Source of the DNA: the human T2T-CHM13v2.0 reference genome, Homo sapiens
Direction: 5' to 3' (one strand)
Assembly (NCBI RefSeq): GCF_009914755.1
Contig: NC_060928.1
DNA: 64,000 bases
The position numbers were made by a program, and so were the translations under genes. The notes beneath the pieces were generated by a model, which was given only the letters and a program-made list of their open reading frames with translations, was not told the DNA's origin and searched no databases. Below, in pieces: positions 12,782 through 25,552 of the stretch. Within the stretch, counting starts at the first letter, position 1; every line of letters starts with the position of its first letter.

Positions 12782-15240
12782 CAAACATGCACTGTTTCAT
12801 TGTGCTTTTCTTTATTGCACTATGCAGATGTTGCATTTTTTACACATTGAAGGTGTATGGTAACCTTGCTTTAAGCAAGTCTATCAACACAATTTTTCCA
12901 ATAGCATGTACTCACTTAGTTCCTCTGTGTCACATTTTGGTAATTCAGTATTTCAAACTTACTATTAATATTATTATCATTACATCTGTTATGGTGATCT
13001 GAGATCAGTGATCTTTGATGTTATTATTGTAATTGTTTTGGGATGCCATGTATTGCATCCATAAAAGACAATGAATTTAACTGATAAATGTTGTGTGTGT
13101 TCTGACTGCTCCACTGACCAGCCATTCCCCTGTCTCTCCCCCTCCTTGGGCCTCCCTATTCCCTGAGACACAACAATATTGAAAAAGGGCCAACTAATAA
13201 CCCTACACTGGCCTCTAAGTGTTCATGTGAAAGGAGGCATTGCATAACTCTCACTTTAAATCAAAAGGTAGAAATGATTACTATGCTTAGTGAGGAAGGC
13301 ATGTTGAAAGCTGAGATAGGTAAACGCTAGGCCTCTTGTGCCAAACAGTTAGCCAAGTTGTGAATACAAGAGAAAAGAAAGTTCTTGAAAGAAATTAAAA
13401 TGCTACTCCAGTGAACACATGAAAAGGAAGCAAAACAGCTGTATTGCTGATATGGAGAAACTTTTAGTGGTGTGGATAAAATATTAAATAAGCCACAACA
13501 TTCTCTTAAGCCAAAACCAGTATCCAGAGCAAGCCCCAAACTCTCTAATTCTGTGAAGGCTGAGAGAGGTAAGGAAGCTTCAGAAGAAAAGTTTGAAGCT
13601 AGCAGAAATTGGTTAAGAGAAGAAGTCATCTCCATAACATAAAAGGGCAAGGTGAAACAACAAATGCTAATGGAGAAGCTGCAGCAAGTTATCCAGAAGA
13701 TCTAGCTAAGATAATTGGTGAAGGTGGCTACACTAAACGACGTATTTTCAATGCAGATGAAACAGCCTTTCATTGGAAGAAGATGCTATCTAGGGCTTCC
13801 ATAGCTAGAGAGGAGAAGTCAATGCCTGGCCTTAAAGGACAGGCTAACTCTTATTAGTAGCTACTGCAGCTGGTGACTTTGACGTTGAAGCCCATGCTCA
13901 TTTACCATTCTGAAAATCAGGGTCCTTAAGAATTATGCTAAATCTACCACACCTGTGCTCTATAAATGGAACAACAAAGACTGGATAACATCAAGTCTGT
14001 TGTAGCATGGTTTACTTAATATGTTAAGCCCACCATTGAGACCTACTGCTTAGAAAAAAGATTCTTCTCAAAGTATTACTGCTCATTGATAATGCATCTA
14101 GGCACCCAAGATTGCTCTGATAGAAATGTATACAGAGATTATAGGCACCCAAGATTGCTCTGATAGAAATGTATACAGAGATTAATGTTGTTTTTATGCC
14201 TGCTAATAAAATATCCATCTGTTACCCATGGATCAATAAGAAGTTTTGACTTCGAAGTCTTATTATTTAAGAAATACTTTGTACAGCTTTAATATTATTT
14301 AATATTTAAGAAATATTTTGTAAGGCTTTAGCTTCCATAGGTAGTTGATTCTTCTGATGGATCTGGTAAAAGTAAATGGAAAATCTTCTATAAAGGATTC
14401 ATCATTCTAGATGCCATTAAGAACATTTATGATCTATGGGAGGTGGTCAAAATATATCAATAGTTATGGGAATTTGGAAGAAGTTGATTGCAGCGCTCAT
14501 GGATGACTTTGAGAGGTTTGAGATTTCAGTGGGGAAATTCACTGCAGTTGTGGTGGAAATAGCAAGAGAACTAGAATTAGAAGTGGAGCCTGAATATCTG
14601 AGTGAATTGGTGCAATCCCATAATCAAACTTGAATAAATGAGGAGTTGCTTCTTATGGATAAGCAAATAAAGTGGTTTCTTGAGATGGAATCTACTACTG
14701 GTGAAGATACTGTGAACATTGTTGAAATGACAACAAAGAATATTACATAAATTTAGTTGATAAAACAGTGGTAGAGTTTGAGAGGTTTGACTCCAATTTT
14801 AAGAGAAGTTCTACAGTGGGTAAAATGCTATCAAACAGCATTGCATACTACAGAGAAATCTTTTGTGAAAGGAAGAGTCAATCAATGTGACAAACTGCAT
14901 TATTGTCCTATTTTAAGAAATTACCAGAGCCACCCAAATCTTCAGCAACCACCACCCTGATCAATCAACAGCCATTAACATCAAGGGAAGACTCTCCACC
15001 AGCAAAATGATTATGACTTGCCGTAGGCTCAGATGACAATTAGCATTTTGTTTTTAGTAATAAAGTATTCTTAATAAAGGTATGTACATTTTTTTTTAGA
15101 AAAATGCTATTGCACACCTAACAGACTAAAGTGCAGTGTAAGCATAACTTTTATATGTACTAAGAAACCAAATAATTTGTGTGACTCGCTTTATTGCAAT
15201 GATCTGGAACTGAACCCACAATATCTCCAAGGTATGCCTC
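12782..15240 (+). mobile_element. Full-length decayed Tigger1 (TcMar-Tigger DNA transposon) with fragmented transposase
   Basis: TA at both flanks; ends resemble the Tigger1 termini (caaacatgcactgtttcattg... / ...atatctccaaggtatgcctc). ORF fragments such as 13609..13857 ([35 protein letters not shown]) are pogo/Tigger DDE transposase. Confidence 0.95.
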
Positions 15241-16398
15241 TATTTGGCTTGATATTTTTCTCTTTTCCTTCAAATTGATGTGCAAAAGAGAGTCTAGGAG
15301 AGGCCCTGAAGAAAAGCAATAGGTTGGTTTTCATCTACTTATCTTTTATAAATCATATTTGTACTGAGAACTCTATCCAGTAGAAAGCTGAAGTTTTTTA
15401 AAAAAGAAAAATTCCTATGTTAGATATGGTAAGTGACAGCATTATGCATGATTACCTATGCAATTACACTTGCACATGCTTGAAAATTTTTAGCCAGGAA
15501 TGCTTAATAACATTTGCATGGTTAAATGAGACAGCAGAAACAACTGGAAGGGCCTCAGGGCATGGTCATCTATTTAAGCATCCACTTGGATTTTCAACAT
15601 AATTAGTCATATAATTGTGTGCCCAAACTTAGTAGATTCATGTAAGTAATGATAAATTATTAAAAAGCTGTGCTTGTAATGTTTTGCTTCTTATTTCCTG
15701 CCAATCAAATTACTAAAAAAATACTATATTCACAATTCATCATACAAATCTTCAAAAGTGATTACAATTTAAAGCCCTGGATAAAGGTGAGTGGACGAAT
15801 GAAGTCATTCACATGAGAGGTAGTTAATGTAGCTATTTGGCCATCTATATTTTTAGGGAATATTCCTGTGATCAAATTATAATAGCCTGCTCATCCATGC
15901 CTACTAAGATTTTAATGAAAAAATATTGTTTCTTTTGCTCACATTGTATTCAACACAATTAGTTTTTTCATATTATGATAGAAGGAAATTAGTAGCTAAA
16001 GGATGAATGTGATAGCTTCCTCTTGCATAGTTTATTTCCCCTTTTCCATAATCCTGTTAGCTGGTGATGGTAAAAACTTGGGCCAAATAAATCTGTACGG
16101 TACAGTATAAATATTAATCTCAAAGTTTTAAGATGGTTATTTTGACCAAATTTTCCCAAGTTTTCTCACCCTTTCTTTTCCTATTGATCTTGAAGCTTCA
16201 TTTCATTTCATTTTTCCCCACTGATACGTTAGTATTAGAATTAAAAATATGTGGAAACTGGAAAACTGTTTCCCTCCTTAGGAGCTTACTATCTCATAAG
16301 CAAGGCTAGAAGCCCTTTGAAGGGTTGCACTAAACTTCTTTTGGTAATAATGCAAAATATACTTGATTAGCTGCCGATATCATGAAATACACAGCCTT

Positions 16399-16470
16399 TT
16401 TTTAAAAAAATTTAATTTTAAGTTCCAGGGTACACGTGCAGGATGTGCAGGTGTGTTACATAGGTAAATG
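16399..16470 (-). mobile_element. ~70-bp L1PA 3'-terminal fragment with TSD
   Basis: ttttaagttccagggtacacgtgcaggatgtgcaggtgtgttacataggtaaat; TSD gaaat(a/g)cacag(c/t)ctt at 16384-16398 and 16471-16485. Confidence 0.85.
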
Positions 16471-18814
16471 GAAATGCACAGTCTTAATTCAGAGAAATCA
16501 GACTTATCTCACTAAAGTTTGAAATTAACTCAGCTTTTTCTCCTTTTAGGTATCTGATTTCATATTAGAGGTTAATAAATGCAATCCCTCAAAGAAATAG
16601 CACTTAAGTGAACTAACTTTAGTTTTTCCTATTGGTTTGACAAAGTCCAACTTTGTTTACCTTAAGAGCATGGTAAAAGAATGCCTATTTTCTCAGGCTT
16701 TTTGACTGAAGTTTAGAATGAAATGAAAGGAAGAGAAAACGTGAGTATAATGTAGTGTGAAAAGATTTGGGTATGGTGAATATTGGTTAGTCCTTTTAAT
16801 ATTTATTTCATTGCCACAGTAGTTCAGAGGAGTAAGAAAGTAAATGTGTGCAGGTACATTCATAGTGATTCAAAAATTCATTCCAGGAAGATGAAAACAC
16901 TGGTCAGGATGGACTGGCATTAAAATGAAGACATATGCTACTACTTCTTGTCATTAGTGTCTTGCCCAGCATTTCCTATACTGGGCCCACTGACCCATCA
17001 CCAGGAGGCAGACATCATTCCAGACATCATCCACCAGAAGTGAAATATGTATCCAGGGATAAGGCATTGGAAATAATTTGTAAAGCGATATTTGTCATGA
17101 AAAGCATTTATTTTTGTATTAATTATGCTAAATAATCTAGATCACAGAATATTTATCCTCATCTGGGAGTTAAAAAGGCAGGGAAGACAGAGTAAAACAA
17201 CATTAAGAAAAGTAAATTATGGGACCATGAATATATTTTTTCTAAAAAACCCTGAATCAGGAAAAGTTTAAAAGAATCAGAAGCCAACAACACATGTGCC
17301 TTTAATGTGTTCATGTTTTAAATACAGTCATATTGCTTCTTTTTTCAGAAGAAATCTTATGGACCAAGAACCACTAGAATTGTCCTAAGAAAGCCTTACC
17401 AAAAAAGGATTAAATACACATAGGAGAGGATCATTTTGCTTCCAAATTCTAGCAATGGTAGAAAGCATCTAGCTGAACTGGTATAATATTTGGAATCCGT
17501 GGCCACAGGCCAAATGACATAGCTAGAGGCAGAGGTAAGACCCTTGCTGAGAATGAGACAAATATAAATGGGGTGACAGCTGAGTTCTCCAACTCTTCCT
17601 TTCTACTGATTCACTCTCGTTTTGCTATGGTTTAACTGAAAACTTTTCATAAGCTCCTCAAACTAGCAATTAAAGACAAAGTTGAAATAAAATCAGATTA
17701 GAGAAACCCAGCTACATTTTTCTTACAAGTGATGATGAGTTCAGTGTAGATTGGAAAGTTAAAACTGGTAACACCACCAGCTACCAAGAACTGTGAGCAG
17801 AATCTAAAAGAAGTGTTGAAAACCATATCAGGGAGAATGATGTTTTAAAAACCCATAATAATTTCATTAGTTTTTAGGATTATCTTAAATTCAATTAGAG
17901 TAAAATAAAACTTAAAAGCATAAGAATTTTCTCAGAAAGCTAGGAATCATAGATTTAAAGAACAAAAAAAGGAATTCAGAGAGATCATGTAGTCTAATCA
18001 CCTCTGTTGCACCCCAATTTTCAAATGAGAAACTTACACAAGGTGAGAATTTTTGTCCATAGGGACACTGAATAAAATACTTAGTATATTTAGTAATTAT
18101 CCATTTAATGTCTTCTAAAACACACATCATAATAATAATGTCAACATCAACACCAATAACATGACTACTGAAAAAAAATTTTAGATTTTTTGGGTGGGAG
18201 GCATTTTTTAGGATATAATCCATTAGAGATGTATGGTCAAATTTCTCTGTTTTAAAGCCATCTGGAATTTTTCCTTCCTGTGTGATTATATCACCAACTG
18301 GATACATATTTAGGGTCATTGGCTTTATCTGTTTATTTATTTTTAGATTTTTAGAAGTTACTTTTGCTTTTTCAAAAATTTCTTTTGTTGGGGCTCCTTG
18401 TAGAAATGGTAGATTCCAGGTCTGGATGCAAAGATGTATGCCATGAGTCTGAAACAATTTCTCATAGCAAATAGAAAGCCATCAGAATCCACAAAGCTGA
18501 CATTAGAAGGCCCCTTTGTGCAGTAGGCTGTGATGATCTGGGGCCCCAAAATACCCAGTATCAAAATATATCACCCACCCTTAGCCAGGTAAAGTTTGTG
18601 TAATCTAAGAAAAAAAAAGGTCAAAATTAAAAACAAATCCCTTTTAGAGGAACCCAACAACTAGGCAATGAGATATGGATGCTAAAACAGTGAGTTCCCA
18701 AAGAAGAGACTGATGAGCACTGACAACATTCAGTTCAAATATTGAGCTATGGTGGACCCCAGGCTGGCAGTTGTCTGCCTGGTGGAAACTGAAGGTGCCT
18801 CTACAAAATCAGAT

Positions 18815-19436
18815 TTCTCCATTTAATTTACATTTACTTTCACATTTGTTATAAACCCTACAATGCGTTATTATTTGTTTGCATTAACCAATTATTTTTA
18901 AAGCAAATTTAAAAAGAAAAATTATTTTTACTGACATATTTCTAATTTTCATGTTCTTCATTTCTTTGCACAGATGCAGATTTCAAAATGAATCCCTTTT
19001 CCTTCAGTGTGTAGGACTGTAACATTTCTTGTACTGATGTTTAGTGATTAATTCTCTCAGCTTTTATATGGTTGGCAAAAGCTTTATTTTGCCTATGGTT
19101 TTGAAAGATATTTTCACTGAGTATACAATTCTAGGTTTGATGCTTATTTTTTTTTATTTCAGTACTTTAAATATCTTCTTCTGAACTGTATTTTTTACAA
19201 AGATCTTTCTGGTTTTTTTTGTTTGTCCTGTCTCTGTATGTAGTGTCCTTCCTCTCCCACCTCACCCTGGCTGCTTTAACATATTTCTTTTTATCACTGA
19301 TTTCAAGCACTGACTATGGTATGCCTCCATTTAGTTTCTTCATGTTTCTTTTGCTTACAGTTTACTGGGCTTCTTAAATTCCAGTTTGTGGTTTTTCTTA
19401 AATCAAATTTGTAAAACAACTGGCCACTGATTACTT

Positions 19437-19472
<36 letters not shown>

Positions 19473-19760
19473 GTTCTCTCTTCTTTTCCCTCTCCTTTGG
19501 GGCCTCCAATTCAATCATATATTAGGCTTCTTGAAGTTGACCCACAGTTCTCTGACATTCTCTGTTCAATTTTTTTTTCAGTATTTTTTCACAGTATTTC
19601 ATTGTGAATAGTTTCTATTGCTATGTCTTCAAGTTCACTAACCTTTTCCTTTGCATTGTGTAATCTGCTGCTAATCCCATTCAATTTATTTTTCATCTTG
19701 GACATTTTATTCCATGACTCTTTAAGTTCCTACTACCTACTTGAACATATGGACTATAGG
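18815..19760 (-). mobile_element. Ancient L1 (L1M) ORF1/5' region fragment containing (TA)n
   Basis: aattctctcagctttt...ttttgaaagatattttcactgagtatacaattctagg...tttctattgctatgtcttcaagttcactaa are typical old-L1 antisense motifs. Confidence 0.75.
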
Positions 19761-20212
19761 ATATAGGAGTGGCATCAGATTTAGGAGGGAAGAGGTAGCC
19801 ACAAAGTAAAGTATATGAAGAGGAATAATCATGAGGAGAAAAGCAGGAATATTCAGAAATCAGGAGCCCCAGGAACAGCGGGGGATAGGGTAGGGTTGAG
19901 GAAATGCTAAGGGGAAGTAAGACACAGGATTGGATACAGGAGGATGAATTAAAGTCTTCAGATAAAATAGTTCACTAAGATTAGCAGCCTCAAGAGTGCC
20001 AACCAGGGAAAAGTAAAACTTTTATTATAAATTCTAGCAGAAGGATCAAATACACTTGGTCTTCCTATAGTTGTTTAATATATAATAAAAATAATGATAA
20101 TAATAAGTTTCCTTTTGTGGAAACTCACAGAAGCCGATGTTTGTGGGGAGAAAAACAACAAATAAAATGCTCATGAACATCTAGATTGTACTCTTAAAGA
20201 CTACAAAATACT

Positions 20213-20524
<312 letters not shown>

Positions 20525-22344
20525 CTACAAAATACCATATTTAGTGAGAAAGATGCTCTTACTGAGAAATCATGGTCAGTTCCAGAGGAATCTTGTCGAC
20601 ATATATTTTGAACCTCAGGTAACAGGTTAAGGACACAAAATGAAATCTTTTGCTGAAAGTCACAAAGCTAATTAGTGCTCAATATGATGTTAGAGCTCAG
20701 ATCACTGGACTCTTGACTAGTAGCCTCTCTGAATGACACCAAGCTGCCAGTAGGTGAGCTTTGATTCAGTCATATTTTTCACCAGATTCTTCTTTTTCTT
20801 TGTGTTGGTTATGAAAACATTATTAAAGACAGAGAGTTCCTCTGTGATTATAAGATGGATGAAACCTACTTGCTTGCTGACTTTTTGGCTAATTCCATGA
20901 CCTCCTCCTCATTATTAAAGTTAATAACCAACAGAAGTAGCTGATTGTAATAAAAGCTGAGGATCACTAGTGAGTGTGATTTTTTTTCATTTTTTTTAAA
21001 GGGTTGAGTTCATGAATGAAAAATACAAGCAAGGAACAGGTTACAAAAACATGACTCAATATTAAGCCCAGGGACCCACATTAAGCCAACATAAACCAAG
21101 GGCTGTGAGACAAAGTCATGGTTTTGATCATTCTCTTTTAAGAATACTAAATGATGCATAAAACTACGATGATATCGTTGCCAGTCAAGGAAACCTTTAC
21201 ATGCCATTTTGTAGAAAACAGTGTCTTTAAGTACTGACTGCCAGCAGTTTAATCTACTATATTTCTATAGTCAGGATTTGCATCTTATTTCTCTGATGTC
21301 ATTTACATTTGGCTACAATAAGAAAGTACATGAAAACCATGTTACTGATATAATTATTATCAGTGAAGTGGTTAACAATATTGGTATTTAAATGGCTATA
21401 ATTACATTTCTAGGTTGACACTGCTATTAAGTTGAATATGGAAAGCTTTTGCTTCTGTGTTGCTGTTCCACATGTGGGTCTGAGATCTCCAAAAGGCCAG
21501 ATGAATGAGCCTTTCATTTAAAAAAATTCTTCTTGATTGTAGAGATAATAGCTCTAGTAAGGAAAGTAAACTATATTCTGGAGAAATCAGCAGAAATTCA
21601 TGGGCTCTTAAGCCTTCTGGAGCCAAACAATTTCAGTTGATTTAGGATGAACAATTTTATTGAACTGCAATCAATTTGAATTTCTTCTAAATCCCTAAGT
21701 TTGGGAGGATAATCTATTCTTATTTTAATATTGGAAAGAAAGAATAAGCACTCAGGTCTAACCATATCTAAGAGTCTTAGAATAGAATGAAGGTGCCTAC
21801 ATTTGCTGTGTTCCCTCTGAAAGGTATAAAGATGAGAGATGATTGCTGGTGAGTCACTGTTCTATTTCATCTAGAGACCTGAATGCTCTCACTGCTCTAT
21901 TCCCTTAGGGGGTCATGTTCCTCTGCTTAAAAGAATATTGCCTGCTCTCTGAGCTAATGATTTGTTTGGAGGATGGAAGTCTCAGAGGTGAAGATAACTG
22001 CACAGCTTTTAAAATGTATCTTTCAGATCTTTGATCTGTTTTTTTTCTGAATACATGGGACTCTTCAATGGCAAGATTAAAGATGCCTTTTCTTAGAAGA
22101 AAGGCAAAAGTTGAAAACTTAAAAGCTGCTCAGATTTCCAAATAATATTTTTGTATTTTTTCATTTTGTTGACATCATGTTGGGTGAGTGTCATCCTTCA
22201 TTCATGTGATAATTGGATGGTAATCAAAATACAGTGTTGGATCACAGGTTTTCCAAGAAGGGGGGATACTACACATTTTGTTTAAAAAGTCGTTAATGCA
22301 AACTAGTTTATGATTAGGGCATACATACTCATTTTGAATTCTAT

Positions 22345-22820
22345 TTGATTCAACAAATATTTACTTGGTACCTAGTAGATGCCAAACATCGTGTCTTCTT
22401 TTGTAGGGAATACCAAGAACAAGGGCCTGTTTTCAAGAGACTTTTACCCTTAATCAGGCAGTTAAGGCGATTACAGAAATGGCCGTGGTAGGATGCAGAA
22501 TATGCCAAATGAAAAGCGAGTGGAGAGAAATGAATGACATTCAATGTGGGACAGAGAAGAGACCACATTTAAATAAGAGGGCATCATGGAGGGTTTCAGC
22601 ATTTGAGAATGACCTAGCAAAACGGGCAAGATTTTCCTGGATGGGGCTAGAACTGAAAGTAGGTGATAATAAACCATGTGGTATGCTGAGGGCAGGGGGA
22701 GTGGCAGAGGACAGGGGAGGGAAGTGGTCAGAAAAGATTGAGAAGCTTGTATTTAATGAACAGGCAGTGGGGAGCCGAGGAAGATTTTTTAAGCAGAGCA
22801 GAGATGGTGTTAAGAGTTGT
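22345..22820 (-). mobile_element. L2 fragment(s)
   Basis: attcaacaaatatttacttggtacctag (L2 3' end, antisense) and gggagccgaggaagattttaagcagagcagagatg-like motifs. Confidence 0.6.
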
Positions 22821-23304
22821 GGTTCAAGAAGTATTTTTGAAGCATTTTAAAGCAGAATTTCACGTCTTTTGAACTAAAAAATATGTTTATGTAAACAAAC
22901 CTGTTTGATAATATCCTACAGATTTTATTTTCCAAATAGAAGGGCTACCCCTGAAAATGTTAAACCATGCCAGTAGTATGAGAATTAATTTCTCACTTGT
23001 ACTTGGACCCAAAAGGTTATTATTTTTCAGTTTTATAATATTGTGGCTCATCCATGCATATATTTCTAATGTAGGTGAAATAAATCAGCAAAGGAGTGTT
23101 TTATTTTATAGCATTCTGAACAACTTAATCTGCCCCCCTCTACCATACAAATAGCTGTTTTTAATATCTGAATAATATTTTGATATGCTTTTGTTCTGCT
23201 CCTAAGTCCTGTTGGAAAAAAAAATGACCTTACAAAAACATGGAAATAAAACATAAAAAGTATAGAAAAATAAATAGTTTTACAGAATAAAGAAAAACAA
23301 AAGA

Positions 23305-23586
23305 GCAAGGTGCAGTGGCTCACGCCTGTAATCCCAGCAGTTTGGGAGGCCAAGATGGGTAGATCATGCGATCAGGAGATCAAGACCATCCTGGCTAAGA
23401 CTGTGAAACCCCATCTCTACTAAAAATACAAAAAAAATTAGCCGGGCGTCATGGTTGGGTGCCTGTGGTCCCAGCTCCTCAGGAGGCTGAAGCAGGAGAA
23501 TGGTGTGAACCCGGGAGGCAGAGCTTGCAGTGAGCCGAGATCATGCCACTGCACTCCAGCCTGGACAACAGAGCGAGACTCTGTCT

Positions 23587-23618
<32 letters not shown>
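23305..23618 (+). mobile_element. Full-length AluY-like element
   Basis: gatcaggagatcaagaccatcctggctaa...gagaatggtgtgaacccgggaggcagagcttgcagtgagccgag; ~30-nt A tail. Confidence 0.95.
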
Positions 23619-23621
<3 letters not shown>

Positions 23622-25065
23622 ACTTTTTTAAAGCGAAAATCAGGATGGCCTCGAATAGACATAGATCTGATCAGAAGATACTGTTTTCAGGAGTATTTTT
23701 TTTTTCATAATTACCATTGTGATGATTGGAGTTTATCCAAAATAAATCTGAAAATGTGAGAAGCTTTACTCATCTTCTACTAAACCTTCATCAGAATAAG
23801 TAATCTAATATAGGTCATGTTTCCTCTGCATTGTTTTCTGCCATTCTGGGCAGAAAATATGCGAACCTGAAGGATACATAACTCAAAACTACAGACCTCT
23901 CAAATACGTGATGACAAGACAGCATGCTGAAGTAAGCACAATATGACCTGAAAGCAGTCAGTTAATAATGGACTGTAAATATTTTGGGGGTGTTTGAACA
24001 CACTGAAATTCAAGAAGCTGCCAATTTTTTGAAGACTTCATCTTGTTTTCTCTTACTATGGATGTATTTGGAAGAAGATCTTTCCTCTTTTTTATAACTA
24101 GAGGACGGTGGGTAGTTAAGTAGTATTCTACTGACCTAAAAAAGTCAACAAAACTTATTTGTGCTTAATTTGCTATTATTTACAATTTATTCTATGGAGG
24201 AAATAAATAAATATCAAAATAGATTGTTGTTTCATCTAAATGACCACAGGGGAAAACAAAGAGTTCAAATCAAATAGAAGATACTTCACATTACAAAAGG
24301 TTTGCCTTATGATTCCATTTGAGTTATGCCAAAATATTTTACTTTAAAAAGTTTGATTTGCACACAAATAAAAGAACTCTAAAGGCTGTCATAGGCAGTA
24401 TTGTTTTTTATTTTATATTGTTTTGGTTTTTAAAATATCCCATTCTAAAGTTCTTAACTGGGAACTAGAGCCAAACCTAGTTGGCACATAATACTGACCC
24501 CTGCATCCCTTCTAGTTGTTTGGTTTTAATTTACTATTTTGAATAGAATTCTTCAATTCTATTGAATAAGAAAAAGCATGTGGCAAAAAAGTAGAATTGA
24601 GAAAGATTACTACCAACTATTTTCTAAATTAATATTCCAACTCAAACTGATAAAAATACTTATCAGTAAAGTAAGCGCATAAAACAAATTAGCATTCATC
24701 TACAGTCACTCTTTTCAGTAAGGTATAACATGGCGCATGCTAAAAAAGCATAAGCTTATTTCACATTCCTTATGCCTCATCAGTACCTATTGTTGACTAA
24801 GATAACTGGTGAAAAAAAAAACAGCATGAGAATGGTGATTTATCAGGTACACCACATTATTACCACTATTTTATGCTTCTCTTAAACATCAAAGGTATAA
24901 TTTAGCACAAAAGTATATCCAACCTTCATGTAGTAATGGATCCATAAAATTGAAATTACCAATCAAATTAAAATCACCGACATTTGAGTGAAACTTTCCA
25001 ATGAAAGTAAATTAATCATTGAGAATGATATGAAAACTAAAGTGTTCTAAAAACCAATGCCTTAC

Positions 25066-25294
25066 CAGTAACTGGATCAGGTTCAATGTTACCTCTGCTC
25101 TCCTTCCATGACAGCAGGTAGTTGAGGCTGGTGAGATCTGCAGACTCTATATAGTTGTTCACTGTAAGCATCATCTGATGAGCTTTTGCTATTCCATAGT
25201 GAACTTTTGTCTCATCCATCAGAGGCATGCTCATTAGCTCTACTGTTGTGTCAAAAGCTTGCTGAAAGCATTCAGAAGCTTTGTTGTAGTATCC
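25066..25294 (-). CDS. TTC29: TTC29 internal coding exon (229 nt, phase 0 to 1)
   Basis: ttacctttttag|GGATACTAC...CCAGTTACTG|gtaagg; translates GYYNKASECFQQAFDTTVELMSMPLMDETKVHYGIAKAHQMMLTVNNYIESADLTSLNYLLSWKESRGNIEPDPVT. Overlaps ORF-track entry 25037..25234. I found no further exon between 25065 and position 1. Confidence 0.96.
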
Positions 25295-25552
25295 CTAAAA
25301 AGGTAAGAGAAATAATTTTCTTTCTTACTTTTAATGTCACCATTTCACATATTTTCTGACCTTACCCTGGCATGTCCCACACTGACCTTTCGACAGTTAC
25401 AGCAGTTCATCTTCAAGAAGAAACAGATGGCAAGCAGGCTATTAGGATAAGTTTCTTTTAAAGACCTGTGATTACTCACCATTCAATATCTTGAAATTAA
25501 CTTAGTAGGAAAGTTGTATCTATTAGACTAAGCTATATAAGACTTAAGTTCT

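Noticed and set aside
13270-15020. Domesticated Tigger transposase (TIGD-like gene)
   Set aside because: Reading frame is fragmented by many indels and stops, including the 43-bp duplication.
17912-18457. 181-aa minus-strand ORF, the longest outside obvious young L1s
   Set aside because: Starts at TTG, has no recognisable domain and AT-driven composition, and partly overlaps what looks like a decayed L1MC-type fragment; likely a chance ORF.
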